From: Dehalococcoidia bacterium
GTDB taxonomy: Bacteria; Chloroflexota; Dehalococcoidia; Lucifugimonadales; UBA2985
Direction: 5' to 3'
DNA length: 64,000 nt
Assembly (NCBI GenBank): GCA_034421015.1
Contig: DAOUKT010000013.1
Coordinates: 5,965 to 69,964 of the forward strand
The notes beneath the pieces were generated by a model. It saw nothing but the letters and a program-made list of their open reading frames with translations. It did no database searches and was not told the origin of the DNA. Shown piece after piece: positions 17,181 through 25,213 of the stretch (the stretch's first letter is position 1; each line of letters begins with the position of its first letter). Position numbers and translations under genes: made by a program.

Positions 17181-17896
17181 GCCTTTGCCTCCTCTTGGGA
17201 TACGTCTTGGGATACGTCTTGGGACACGTCGTGCACTGCGCAGGTTGCCAGCAGACCAACCCTCCTGTTGATGTCGGTGTACGCATCCTCAAAGGCCTCC
17301 AGATTACCAGCCTCCGCCGGGTCCGACACCGACCAGTGAAGACGCTCTCTGCCAATGTCAGCAAGCTGCTCGTTGGCCCGGTCGCACACCGTGACCAGCA
17401 GGGTTCCCCCCATCGGCGGGTCCGGCAGCGGTTGTGGGACGGCGCGGGAGAGGTCGAGGCCGTGCAGCCGCGCCACCCTCACGGCCATGGGGTGTACCTT
17501 GGCCGCAGGCTGGGTGCCGGCGCTGCCAACGGGAATGCGGGAGGCGCGCCGCCAGAGGGCGGCGGCAAGCTGGGAGCGCGCGGAGTTGTGGGTGCAGACG
17601 AATAGTACGCTGGATGCCGGAAGCCCTCCGGGCGGCTGCAGCGTATCCAGAACGTCCTGTCGGAGGTGGAGGTAGCGCCGCCTGCGGTCTCCGCCGGACG
17701 CCAGCCGCTCAACCAGCCCGGCGTCTGCCAGAATCCGTAGATGATAGGCAAGCAGGTTGGAGTCCATGCCAAGCCGCCGCCCAAGCTCTGCTGGCGTGTG
17801 CTCCGAGTGTCTCAGGGCGTCCACAATTGCCAGTCGGCGCGGCTCGCCGAGGGCGGCGTGGAGGCCTGCTCTGGTCTCCAGGTCTAGGGCGCTCAA
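17177..17896 (-). CDS. ArsR-family HTH fused to LMW-PTP/ArsC domain
   Basis: N-terminal ALGEPRRLAIV..L..SE.TPAEL...L.YHL..L..AGLV; C-terminal VLFVCTHNSARSQ and HWSVSDP; TTG start after GGAGG. Confidence 0.88.
   Translation of the reverse strand: MSALDLETRAGLHAALGEPRRLAIVDALRHSEHTPAELGRRLGMDSNLLAYHLRILADAGLVERLASGGDRRRRYLHLRQDVLDTLQPPGGLPASSVLFVCTHNSARSQLAAALWRRASRIPVGSAGTQPAAKVHPMAVRVARLHGLDLSRAVPQPLPDPPMGGTLLVTVCDRANEQLADIGRERLHWSVSDPAEAGNLEAFEDAYTDINRRVGLLATCAVHDVSQDVSQDVSQEEAKA
17193..17228 (-). repeat. 12-bp coding tandem repeat x3 (DVSQ)
   Basis: tcttgggatacg, tcttgggatacg, tcttgggacacg at the 3' end of the ArsR-ArsC gene. Confidence 0.9.
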
Positions 17897-17928
17897 GGGC
17901 TGTCCTCCACTGCGAAAGTCTACAGTGG

Positions 17929-17957
17929 AGCATAATACTCAAGAATTCTTGAGTCAA
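17929..17957 (-). promoter_or_regulatory. Sigma70 promoter of ars operon with perfect 18-bp operator palindrome
   Basis: Minus strand TTGACT-N17-TATGCT; actcaagaattcttgagt (17937-17954) overlaps the spacer and -35. Confidence 0.8.
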
Positions 17958-17983
17958 TATGTGGACAGCGCACCTTGACACTA

Positions 17984-18390
17984 ACCATTCCTGCACAGGG
18001 AGGCCATTGCGTAACTAAGGCGGCTTCTTGGAGGACCTACGTTTCTCGTCATTCCCGCGAAAGGAGACCTTTACGTAACTACGGCGGCATCTCGGAGGCA
18101 ATACGTTTATCGTCATTCCCGCGAAAGCGGGAATCTAATTCCTTCTATATCGAACCTCCTGGATTCCTGCTTCCGCAGGAATGGTCGGGAGGCGCTCGCC
18201 CCAAACGAGGTTATTCAAATGTCTCCACAGGCAGGAATCCAGGCCGGGCGAGTGGCGCCGAAGAATCCACAGCAATACTCGGCTGCGACGTAGTGACATC
18301 CTCAACCGGCAGCCTGTCGCGACGTAGGGGCGGTTCGCGAACCGCCCCTACTCTTTATTGACCATTCCTGCGGAGGCAGGAATCCACGCG
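17984..18390. repeat. Intergenic REP/MITE mosaic between divergent-strand ars promoter and acyl-CoA ligase
   Basis: Several CGTC-type REPs, a partial MITE (from ~18000), a full MITE (18063-18226) and a GTAG REP (18324-18351). Confidence 0.85.
18063..18226. mobile_element. 164-bp MITE-like element inserted in a REP loop
   Basis: Imperfect TIRs ggagacctttacgtaac and gttattcaaatgtctcc. Flanks cattcccgc-GAAA and ACAG-gcaggaatcc. Interior homologous to 22897-23056. Confidence 0.65.
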
Positions 18391-18423
18391 GGGTGGGGAC
18401 CGACGACAGGAGGTGGTCAGCCC

Positions 18424-19839
18424 CTACGCTCCCTCCGCTTCCTTCCAGAGGTAGTAGTCCACCAGGCGCTTGACGGCGCGGGACGCGCGGCCCATGTTCG
18501 GGAATATGGCGAATCCCCGATCGATGCAGTGTCGGCGGAGCTGCTGCGTGACCTCGAAGTGGCTGGGGTCCTCCGGCGTGACGTCGGATATCACCAACGC
18601 CACGGGCTTGCCCAGCTTATCGGCTATGTCCGCGGTGTGGTCCACCATCCGCGTCGCCCTCTGCTGCCCTGCCGGGTCCGGGCGGGCGCCTATGTTGTTG
18701 ACAACCACGTCGTAGGCGGGGTTCTCCCCAATCAGCTGCACCACGTCGTAGGGCGTCAGGTTGCTGCCGCCCATTATGGAGCTGTCCACCGGGTTTGTGA
18801 CCCAGGCGCCGAAGAACGGGTCCTGCTTTTCCAGCTCCTCGCGCACCTCCTGGGGGATAGGCTGAAGGTGGAGGCCCTCCTCCTCGCACTCGTCCGCCGA
18901 AAGCACGCTCCTTCCGCCGGCGCCGCCTCCAACCAGGAGGTTGAAGCCCTTGGCGGGCGGCATGGTGGAGAAGGCCACCAGCATGTCCAGCAGCTCTTCA
19001 AGGCTGTTTGCGTTTGTGACGCCGGTCTGGCGGCACATGGCCTCCCACACCTCTCGCGTGCCGGCCATTGAGGCCGTATGAGACGATACCATGTGGGTCC
19101 CGGCCTGGGTCCGGCCGCCCTTCAGCAGGACAACGGGCTTCTTCCTGGAGGCCTTGCGCAGCACGCTTACAAGGCGCTTCCCGTCCCTCACGCCTTCTAT
19201 GTAGCCGCCGATCATCTCGGTCTCCGGGTCGTCGGCAAGGTAGTCGATCAGGTCGGCCTCGTTGAGGTCAAGGGCGTTCCCGTAGCTTATGACCTTGCTG
19301 AAGCGAAGGCCGCGGCTGGCGCCGGTCGATATTATTTCGCCCCCGTTGCCGCCGCTCTGGGAGATGATGCCCACGTTGCCGGACTCCTCGGGGAAGTCCC
19401 GGCCCCAGGCAATGCCCTCCCTGGGGTAGTAGAGGCCCATGCAGTTGGGGCCGATGATGCGCAGCCCTCCGGCCCGGGCCTTCTCCAGCATCTCGTACTC
19501 CAGCTGGGTCTCCTTCTCGAAGCCCGTCTCGCTGAACCGGGCCGTGAACAGGTGGAGCACCTTGGCGTTCTTGCTGACGCAGGCTTCAACCAGCTCAATG
19601 ATGTCGCGGTTGGGAATGGCTGAGATTACGTAGTCCACGTCCTCCGGGAGGTCGCGCACAGACTTGTAGGTTTGTACGCCGAGGACTTCCTCGGCCCTGA
19701 AGTTGATGGGCCAGGACTTGCCCTTGAAGTTCTCCAATACGTTCTTGAAGTAGGTGTGGCCGGTCTTGTCCGGCGATTCAGAGGCCCCGGCTACCGCAAT
19801 GGAGCGGGGATGGAACAGGTAGTCTATCTCGTATCCCAT
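18424..19839 (-). CDS. NDP-forming acyl-CoA synthetase alpha subunit (CoA-binding)
   Basis: LFHPRSIAV.GAS, IIGPNCMG, ISQSGG, S.GNALDL and phospho-His SHTASMAG motifs. Confidence 0.92.
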   Translation of the reverse strand: MGYEIDYLFHPRSIAVAGASESPDKTGHTYFKNVLENFKGKSWPINFRAEEVLGVQTYKSVRDLPEDVDYVISAIPNRDIIELVEACVSKNAKVLHLFTARFSETGFEKETQLEYEMLEKARAGGLRIIGPNCMGLYYPREGIAWGRDFPEESGNVGIISQSGGNGGEIISTGASRGLRFSKVISYGNALDLNEADLIDYLADDPETEMIGGYIEGVRDGKRLVSVLRKASRKKPVVLLKGGRTQAGTHMVSSHTASMAGTREVWEAMCRQTGVTNANSLEELLDMLVAFSTMPPAKGFNLLVGGGAGGRSVLSADECEEEGLHLQPIPQEVREELEKQDPFFGAWVTNPVDSSIMGGSNLTPYDVVQLIGENPAYDVVVNNIGARPDPAGQQRATRMVDHTADIADKLGKPVALVISDVTPEDPSHFEVTQQLRRHCIDRGFAIFPNMGRASRAVKRLVDYYLWKEAEGA

Positions 19840-19881
19840 GATCCCTCCAACGAAGGCTTCGAGTCGGATTGTGTTAGCGTT

Positions 19882-20580
19882 TTATTCCTCTTCCAGAACC
19901 ACCCTGGCGTCAACTGCGACCAGGCCGTCGGAGTAGCAGAAGATGGGGTTGAGGTCCAGTTCCCTCACCTCTTCGTGCTGCTCCAGGAAGCTCGACAGGT
20001 TGAGAAGCGCCTGCTCAATGCTCTCCAAGCTGCAGGCCGGGTAGTTGCGGTAGCCCTGGAGCAGGGGCAGGCTCTTGATCTCCCGCACCATCTCCCGGGC
20101 GTCCCGGGGAGTGAGGGGCACCAGCCGAAGGGACACGTCCTTCAGCATCTCCACAAGCACTCCGCCAAGCCCGAACATGATCACGTGGCCGAACTGGGGG
20201 TCCTTGTTGGCGCCTATGATGATCTCGACTCCGGGGTCGGCCATCCTCTGCACCGATACGCCCAGGATGCTGGCCGATGGCACCGCCTCCTGAGTGGACG
20301 ACACGATGGAGTCGAATGCGCCTCTGACCTGCCTTAGGCTGTCCAGCCCGACCTTGACGCCGCCCACGTCGCTCTTGTGGGTCACCTCCGGCGAGACAAT
20401 CTTCAGGACAACGGGAAGCCCCATCTCCTGGGCCAGCTTGGTTGCCTCCGTCCTGGTGCGGGCAAGCTGGGTGTCCATCACCGGTATGCCTGACTCCCGC
20501 AAAAGGTCCTTGGATTCGACCTCTGTTAGTAGTGTCCTGCCATCCTGGCGCGCTTTCTGAATAACTTCAGCAACAGTCAT
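19882..20580 (-). CDS. NDP-forming acyl-CoA synthetase beta subunit (ATP-grasp)
   Basis: LTEVESK.LL...GIP, PVVLKIVSP..THKSDVGGV, DPQFG.V.MFGLGG and ELDLNP..VDAR motifs. Confidence 0.92.
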   Translation of the reverse strand: MTVAEVIQKARQDGRTLLTEVESKDLLRESGIPVMDTQLARTRTEATKLAQEMGLPVVLKIVSPEVTHKSDVGGVKVGLDSLRQVRGAFDSIVSSTQEAVPSASILGVSVQRMADPGVEIIIGANKDPQFGHVIMFGLGGVLVEMLKDVSLRLVPLTPRDAREMVREIKSLPLLQGYRNYPACSLESIEQALLNLSSFLEQHEEVRELDLNPIFCYSDGLVAVDARVVLEEE

Positions 20581-20609
20581 GTGTCTCCTTTTTCACAATC
20601 AACTTTTGG

Positions 20610-20638
20610 AGATTATCAATTTGACCCTCTCTTGTCAA
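20610..20638 (-). promoter_or_regulatory. Sigma70 promoter for acyl-CoA synthetase genes
   Basis: Minus strand TTGACA-N17-TAATCT; TTGAC-N8-GTCAA inverted repeat at 20621-20638. Confidence 0.6.
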
Positions 20639-20689
20639 CTTCCGGGCGCCGCGCCGGGGCCTTTCGGTTATAGCTAGCGAGCTAATCTT

Positions 20690-20834
20690 CCCGCTCATAG
20701 CCTGCCCCGTACTGGATACGGGGGTGAGCTTGTCGAACCATTTGAGCGGGAAGGCTGTAGGCGTAGTTGACACCGCTCATTTCCTTCGACTGGCTCAGAG
20801 CTTGCCCCGTACTTGATACGGGGATGAGCGGTGT
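20690..20834. repeat. Two TTCGAC/GCTCA-family repeats, each with a nested 23-bp module
   Basis: Modules at 20701-20723 and 20801-20823. Confidence 0.8.
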
Positions 20835-20927
20835 CGCGCGCCATAATCAACGCCTGTAGAGAATACCAAGGGCCGCGCAGAGACTTGTTCCATTGCGCGC
20901 CGCGCCCTATCCTTTAGCGGACGGCTT

Positions 20928-21749
20928 ATGATCCCAAGAGTAGCAAGCGCAGTCGTGGGGATACCGGTGGTGCTGGCGGCCGTGTGGGCCGGCGCGCCCT
21001 GGTTCTCGCTGCTTGCGGCGACTGCCGCGTCCCTTGGCGCGCTTGAGTTCTACAGACTGGCCGAGGGGCGCGATGCCCGGCCTGCCGTCGTGCCCGGCAT
21101 ACTGTGGACGCTGAGCTTCATTGTTGCCGGCCACCAGGGAGGCTCCCTCACGACCCTGGCGCTGGTTGGGGGCGGGGCGGCCGCGTTCATCTGGCACCTG
21201 GCGGCACATCTGGCGCGCCGAGGGGAAGAGGCCCCATCCGGCTTTCAGAACGCTGACGTGCAGGACTTCGGCTACACAGCCGCGGGCGCGATCTACGTCG
21301 GCCTGCCGCTATCGCTGGCCTTGGTCCTGCGGGCCGAGCCCCAGGGCCTGGAGTGGATTTTGGTCGTCATACTGGGCGCGTTCGCAACCGACACGGGGGC
21401 CTTCTTCACGGGCCGGGCCATCGGCAGGCGGCCCCTCGCTCCCGGCATCAGCCCGGGCAAGACCCAGGAAGGAGCGTTGGGTGGACTTGTCGCGGGTGTC
21501 GCCGCGGTCATGGCCCTGGCCGCGCTCCTGGAGCTGCCGGTGTCGATACCTCAATCGGCCGTACTTGGCGCGCTTGTATCGGTGGCAGGCCAGGCAGGGG
21601 ACCTGGTGGAATCGAAGATCAAGCGGGCCGCCGGGGCCAAGGACGCGGGCGGACTCATACCCGGCCACGGCGGCATCCTGGACAGGCTGGACAGCGTTGT
21701 CTTCGTAATTGTGGTGGTATATGCTTTCTATATAGTGGTTGCACTTTAG
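20928..21749 (+). CDS. cdsA: Phosphatidate cytidylyltransferase
   Basis: TDTGAFFTGR.IG, ISPGKT.EG..GG and GDL.ES.IKR.AG.KD.G.LIPGHGGILDRLDS motifs. Confidence 0.96.
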   Translation: MIPRVASAVVGIPVVLAAVWAGAPWFSLLAATAASLGALEFYRLAEGRDARPAVVPGILWTLSFIVAGHQGGSLTTLALVGGGAAAFIWHLAAHLARRGEEAPSGFQNADVQDFGYTAAGAIYVGLPLSLALVLRAEPQGLEWILVVILGAFATDTGAFFTGRAIGRRPLAPGISPGKTQEGALGGLVAGVAAVMALAALLELPVSIPQSAVLGALVSVAGQAGDLVESKIKRAAGAKDAGGLIPGHGGILDRLDSVVFVIVVVYAFYIVVAL

Positions 21750-21758
21750 GACGGGTAC

Positions 21759-22898
21759 GTGAAGAGGCTGGCAATACTGGGTTCCACAGGCTCAATAGGA
21801 AGGCAGACCCTGGACATTGTCCGCGCCTTCCCGGACGAGTTCGCCGTGGTCGGGCTGTCGGCGGGGAACAACTTGGACCTCCTGGCGGAGCAGGCGGCGG
21901 AGTTTCGACCGCAGGTTGTCTCCTGCGAGGGGTCTCCCGAAGCTCTCGCGCCCAGGCTTCCCGCAGGCTGTCAGATAGCCGGCCACGACGACGTCGCTGC
22001 CCATCCGGACGCGGATATGGTCATGGCCGCCAGCGTCGGGAAGGCGGGACTCTCGCCCCTCATGGCCGCGATACGCGCCCGGAAGACCGTTGCCCTGGCG
22101 AACAAGGAGCCTGTGGTCATGGCCGGGCACATCGTCATGGGCGAAGCGGCCCGTCTCGGCGTGGACATCCTGCCCGTCGACAGCGAGCCGAGCGCCATCT
22201 GGCAGTGCCTCCGCGGGGAGCAGAGGGACCTGTCCAGGGTGGTGATTACGGCCTCCGGCGGGGCTTTCAGGGACCGCCCCCGGGAGGGGCTGTCCGGCGT
22301 CACGCCGGAGGAGGCGCTCAAGCACCCAACTTGGAGCATGGGCAGGAAGATCACCATCGATTCCGCAACCCTGATGAACAAGGGCTTCGAGGTTATAGAG
22401 GCGCGCTGGCTCTTCGACCTGCCCTGGGAGAAGATAGACGTTGTTGTGCACCACCAGAGCATAATTCACGCAATGGTGGAGTTCGCCGACGGCTCTGTGA
22501 AGGCGCAACTCAGCCCCCCGGACATGCGCCTGCCCATCCAGTGCGCCCTCTTCCACCCACAGCGAGTGGAGAACGGCGCGCTGCCACGATTCAACCCCGT
22601 GGAGACGGGGGCCCTCACCTTTGGCGCGCTCGACATGGACAGGTATCCGTGCTTCCGGCTCGCGCTGGAGTCTGGCAGGAAGGGGGCGACCTACCCGGCC
22701 GTAGTGAGCGCCGCGGACGAGGTGGCCGTGGAGCTTTTCCTGGACCGTCGCATCGGGTTCACGAGCATCCCGGACCTGGTGGAGGACGTGCTGTCCAGGC
22801 ACGTCCCCGTGTCCGAGCCGGGCCTGGAGGACATCCTGCACGCGGACGATTGGGCCAGAGAGACGGCCCGCGCCTGGGCCGGCGGAAGTCGCGGGTGA
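21759..22898 (+). CDS. dxr: 1-deoxy-D-xylulose 5-phosphate reductoisomerase
   Basis: LGSTGSIG, LANKE, PVDSE.SAIWQ, TASGG.FR and HP.WSMG.KITIDSATLMNKG.EVIEA motifs. Confidence 0.98.
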   Translation: MKRLAILGSTGSIGRQTLDIVRAFPDEFAVVGLSAGNNLDLLAEQAAEFRPQVVSCEGSPEALAPRLPAGCQIAGHDDVAAHPDADMVMAASVGKAGLSPLMAAIRARKTVALANKEPVVMAGHIVMGEAARLGVDILPVDSEPSAIWQCLRGEQRDLSRVVITASGGAFRDRPREGLSGVTPEEALKHPTWSMGRKITIDSATLMNKGFEVIEARWLFDLPWEKIDVVVHHQSIIHAMVEFADGSVKAQLSPPDMRLPIQCALFHPQRVENGALPRFNPVETGALTFGALDMDRYPCFRLALESGRKGATYPAVVSAADEVAVELFLDRRIGFTSIPDLVEDVLSRHVPVSEPGLEDILHADDWARETARAWAGGSRG

Positions 22899-23056
22899 TA
22901 CCTTTGCGTAACTATGGAGGTATCTTCAGGGAAGTACGTTTATCGTCATTCCCGCGAAAGCGGGAATCTATTTCCTCCTATATAGGACGCCCTAGATTCC
23001 TGCTTTCGCAGGAATGGTTGGGAGGCGCGCGCCAATTGAGGGTATTCAATGGTCTC
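22897..23056. mobile_element. 160-bp MITE-like element
   Basis: Ends gatacctttgcgtaac and ggtattcaatggtctc; interior REP pair homologous to 18063-18226. Confidence 0.6.
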
Positions 23057-23082
23057 CTCATGAGAAATGGAGGAAGCTAGCC

Positions 23083-24204
23083 ATGCTGGGCGGTCTGATA
23101 GTGGTGGCGGGCTTCATCGCCATCCTGATGATCCACGAGGGCGGCCACCTGGTCGCGGCCAAGGCCTTTGGGATGAAGGCCACAAGGTACTTCCTGGGCT
23201 TCGGGCCTACGCTGTGGTCCTTCCACCGCGGCGAGACTGAGTACGGCGTAAAGGCGATTCCCGCGGGTGGGTTCGTGACCATCATCGGGATGAACCCCCT
23301 GGAGTACGTCGCCCCTGAGGAGGAGGGCCGCGCCTACAGGGGCAGGCCGTTCTACCAGAAGTCGGTGGTGGTCATGGCGGGTGTTGTCACCCACTTCGTG
23401 GTGGCGTTCATCCTGATATGGACGGCCAACGTGCTCATAGGCCGGCCGGACCCGGACACTCCGCTTACGGAGGTCGCCAGGGTTGTGCAGGAGACCGAGG
23501 ACGGAATGCCAACGGCCGCGGTGGAGGCGGGGCTGATGGCCGGGGACAGGCTGGTCGCCATGAACGGCGCGTCCGTCGAGAGGTGGAGCGACGTCACGGA
23601 GGTCCTCAGGGACAACGCCAACAGGCCCGTGCGTATCCAGGTCGAGCGAGACGGAGACATTCTGACCCTCAGCGGGACGCTTACCTCGCGCGTAGACCCT
23701 GACACGGGCGAGGAGACGGGTTTCCTGGGCGTGTCGCCGAAGATTGGCAGGGCCCGGGACAACCCGGTATCCGGCGTCGGAACCGCGGCCGGCAGAGTCG
23801 CCTACTTCACGTGGCTCAGCGTCAGGGGAATATGGGAGCTTGTCAGCAACTTCGGCAGCTTCTTCAGCGCCGTGTTCAGTGACGACGACGAGGTGATGGA
23901 GGAGGCTCGGCCGGTGAGCGTCATAGGCATCACCCAGTTCGGGGCCGCTACCCAGAGGTCCGGTTTCAACTACACCCTGGAGCTCATTGCCTACGTCAGC
24001 GTGTTTGTCGGCGTGCTCAACGCCGTGCCTCTCTACCCCTTCGACGGGGGCCACTTTGCAGTCGCCATATACCAGAAGCTGACGGGGAGGCAGCCGGACA
24101 TCCGCAAGCTGGCGCCCGTGGGCGCGCTGGTGTTCTTCTTCATAGTCATGGTCGGCGTCCTGGGCGTCTACTTCGACATTGCCCGTCCCCTGGACTTTGG
24201 CTGA
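23083..24204 (+). CDS. rseP: Site-2 (M50) intramembrane metalloprotease with PDZ domain
   Basis: HEGGH zinc motif, GLMAGDRLV PDZ, LNAVPLYPFDGGH; start set at MLGG (23083). Confidence 0.93.
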   Translation: MLGGLIVVAGFIAILMIHEGGHLVAAKAFGMKATRYFLGFGPTLWSFHRGETEYGVKAIPAGGFVTIIGMNPLEYVAPEEEGRAYRGRPFYQKSVVVMAGVVTHFVVAFILIWTANVLIGRPDPDTPLTEVARVVQETEDGMPTAAVEAGLMAGDRLVAMNGASVERWSDVTEVLRDNANRPVRIQVERDGDILTLSGTLTSRVDPDTGEETGFLGVSPKIGRARDNPVSGVGTAAGRVAYFTWLSVRGIWELVSNFGSFFSAVFSDDDEVMEEARPVSVIGITQFGAATQRSGFNYTLELIAYVSVFVGVLNAVPLYPFDGGHFAVAIYQKLTGRQPDIRKLAPVGALVFFFIVMVGVLGVYFDIARPLDFG

Positions 24205-24232
24205 TTGATGCCCGTTCGCGTCGCTCCCCAAA

Positions 24233-24261
24233 TTGACCCTCACGCCTCCATAGGGTAGACT
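24233..24261 (+). promoter_or_regulatory. Sigma70 promoter upstream of crotonase gene
   Basis: TTGACC-N17-TAGACT. Confidence 0.55.
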
Positions 24262-24327
24262 ACATTTGAGCCGCGGCGGGACCCAAGCCTGCCTGCGAGC
24301 AACTGAAAGCTCCCAAGGAGGATTGAA

Positions 24328-25173
24328 ATGCCTGAACTGGAGACGGTCCCCTATCTGCTTTACGAAAAAGAGGACAACGGAATACTCTGGATCAAATTCA
24401 ACAGGCCGGAGCGGCTGAACGCCGTCATCGGCGGTTCCGACAAGAACGGCACCCTGACCAAGGTTGTCGAGTACATGAAGGCCGGAGACGACGACCCGGA
24501 CGTTCGGGTCATTGTCCTCACGGGAGAGGGCAGGGCTTTCTGCGCGGGCGTGGACGTGCGCGGCCTTGAGGACTTCGACAGCGGCGGCCCCTTCCTGGGC
24601 CAGACGCGCACCGAGGGGCCCGACGCCACCCGCCAGGGCTTCCTCTACGCCACCACCAAGACCATCAAGGACATCTCCTACATCAGGAAGCCAACTATCG
24701 CCATGGTCAACGGAGCCGCCGCGGGGTTCGGCATGGACATGTCTCTTCAGTGCGACATCCGCTACGGCTGCGAGAACACCCGCTTCATCACCTACCAGCA
24801 GGTGGGCCAGATTATCGAGAACGGCGGCGCATACTACCTGCCCAAGCTGGCGGGCCTGGGGCGCGCCCTTGAGTTCGCATTCACCGGCTTTCTGGACGCG
24901 GAGACTGCCCATGAATGGGGCATTCTCAACAGGATATTTCCATCCGAGAAGCTGGAGGAGGAGACGCGGGCTCTGTGCCAGCGGATCATCAACAGCCCGC
25001 CGCTGACCCAGTGGATCAACAAGCGCGTTATGAGAGCGGCCGTCGACAGCAACCTGGAGACAACCGCTGTTCTGACGTCCAACGCAGCCGGAATCCTGAA
25101 CATGTCCGAGGACGCGAGAGAGGCGCGGCAGGCGCTGGCCGAGCGGCGGACGCCGGTCTTCCAGGGCCGCTAG
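24328..25173 (+). CDS. Enoyl-CoA hydratase/isomerase (crotonase) family protein
   Basis: FNRPERLNA, LTGEGRAFCAGVD, KPTIAMVNGAAAG.G and E.R.P.FQG motifs. Confidence 0.93.
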   Translation: MPELETVPYLLYEKEDNGILWIKFNRPERLNAVIGGSDKNGTLTKVVEYMKAGDDDPDVRVIVLTGEGRAFCAGVDVRGLEDFDSGGPFLGQTRTEGPDATRQGFLYATTKTIKDISYIRKPTIAMVNGAAAGFGMDMSLQCDIRYGCENTRFITYQQVGQIIENGGAYYLPKLAGLGRALEFAFTGFLDAETAHEWGILNRIFPSEKLEEETRALCQRIINSPPLTQWINKRVMRAAVDSNLETTAVLTSNAAGILNMSEDAREARQALAERRTPVFQGR

Positions 25174-25213
25174 TCGCCGATACAGAGTGAGTTCATAGGG
25201 GAGGCGTGTTCCA

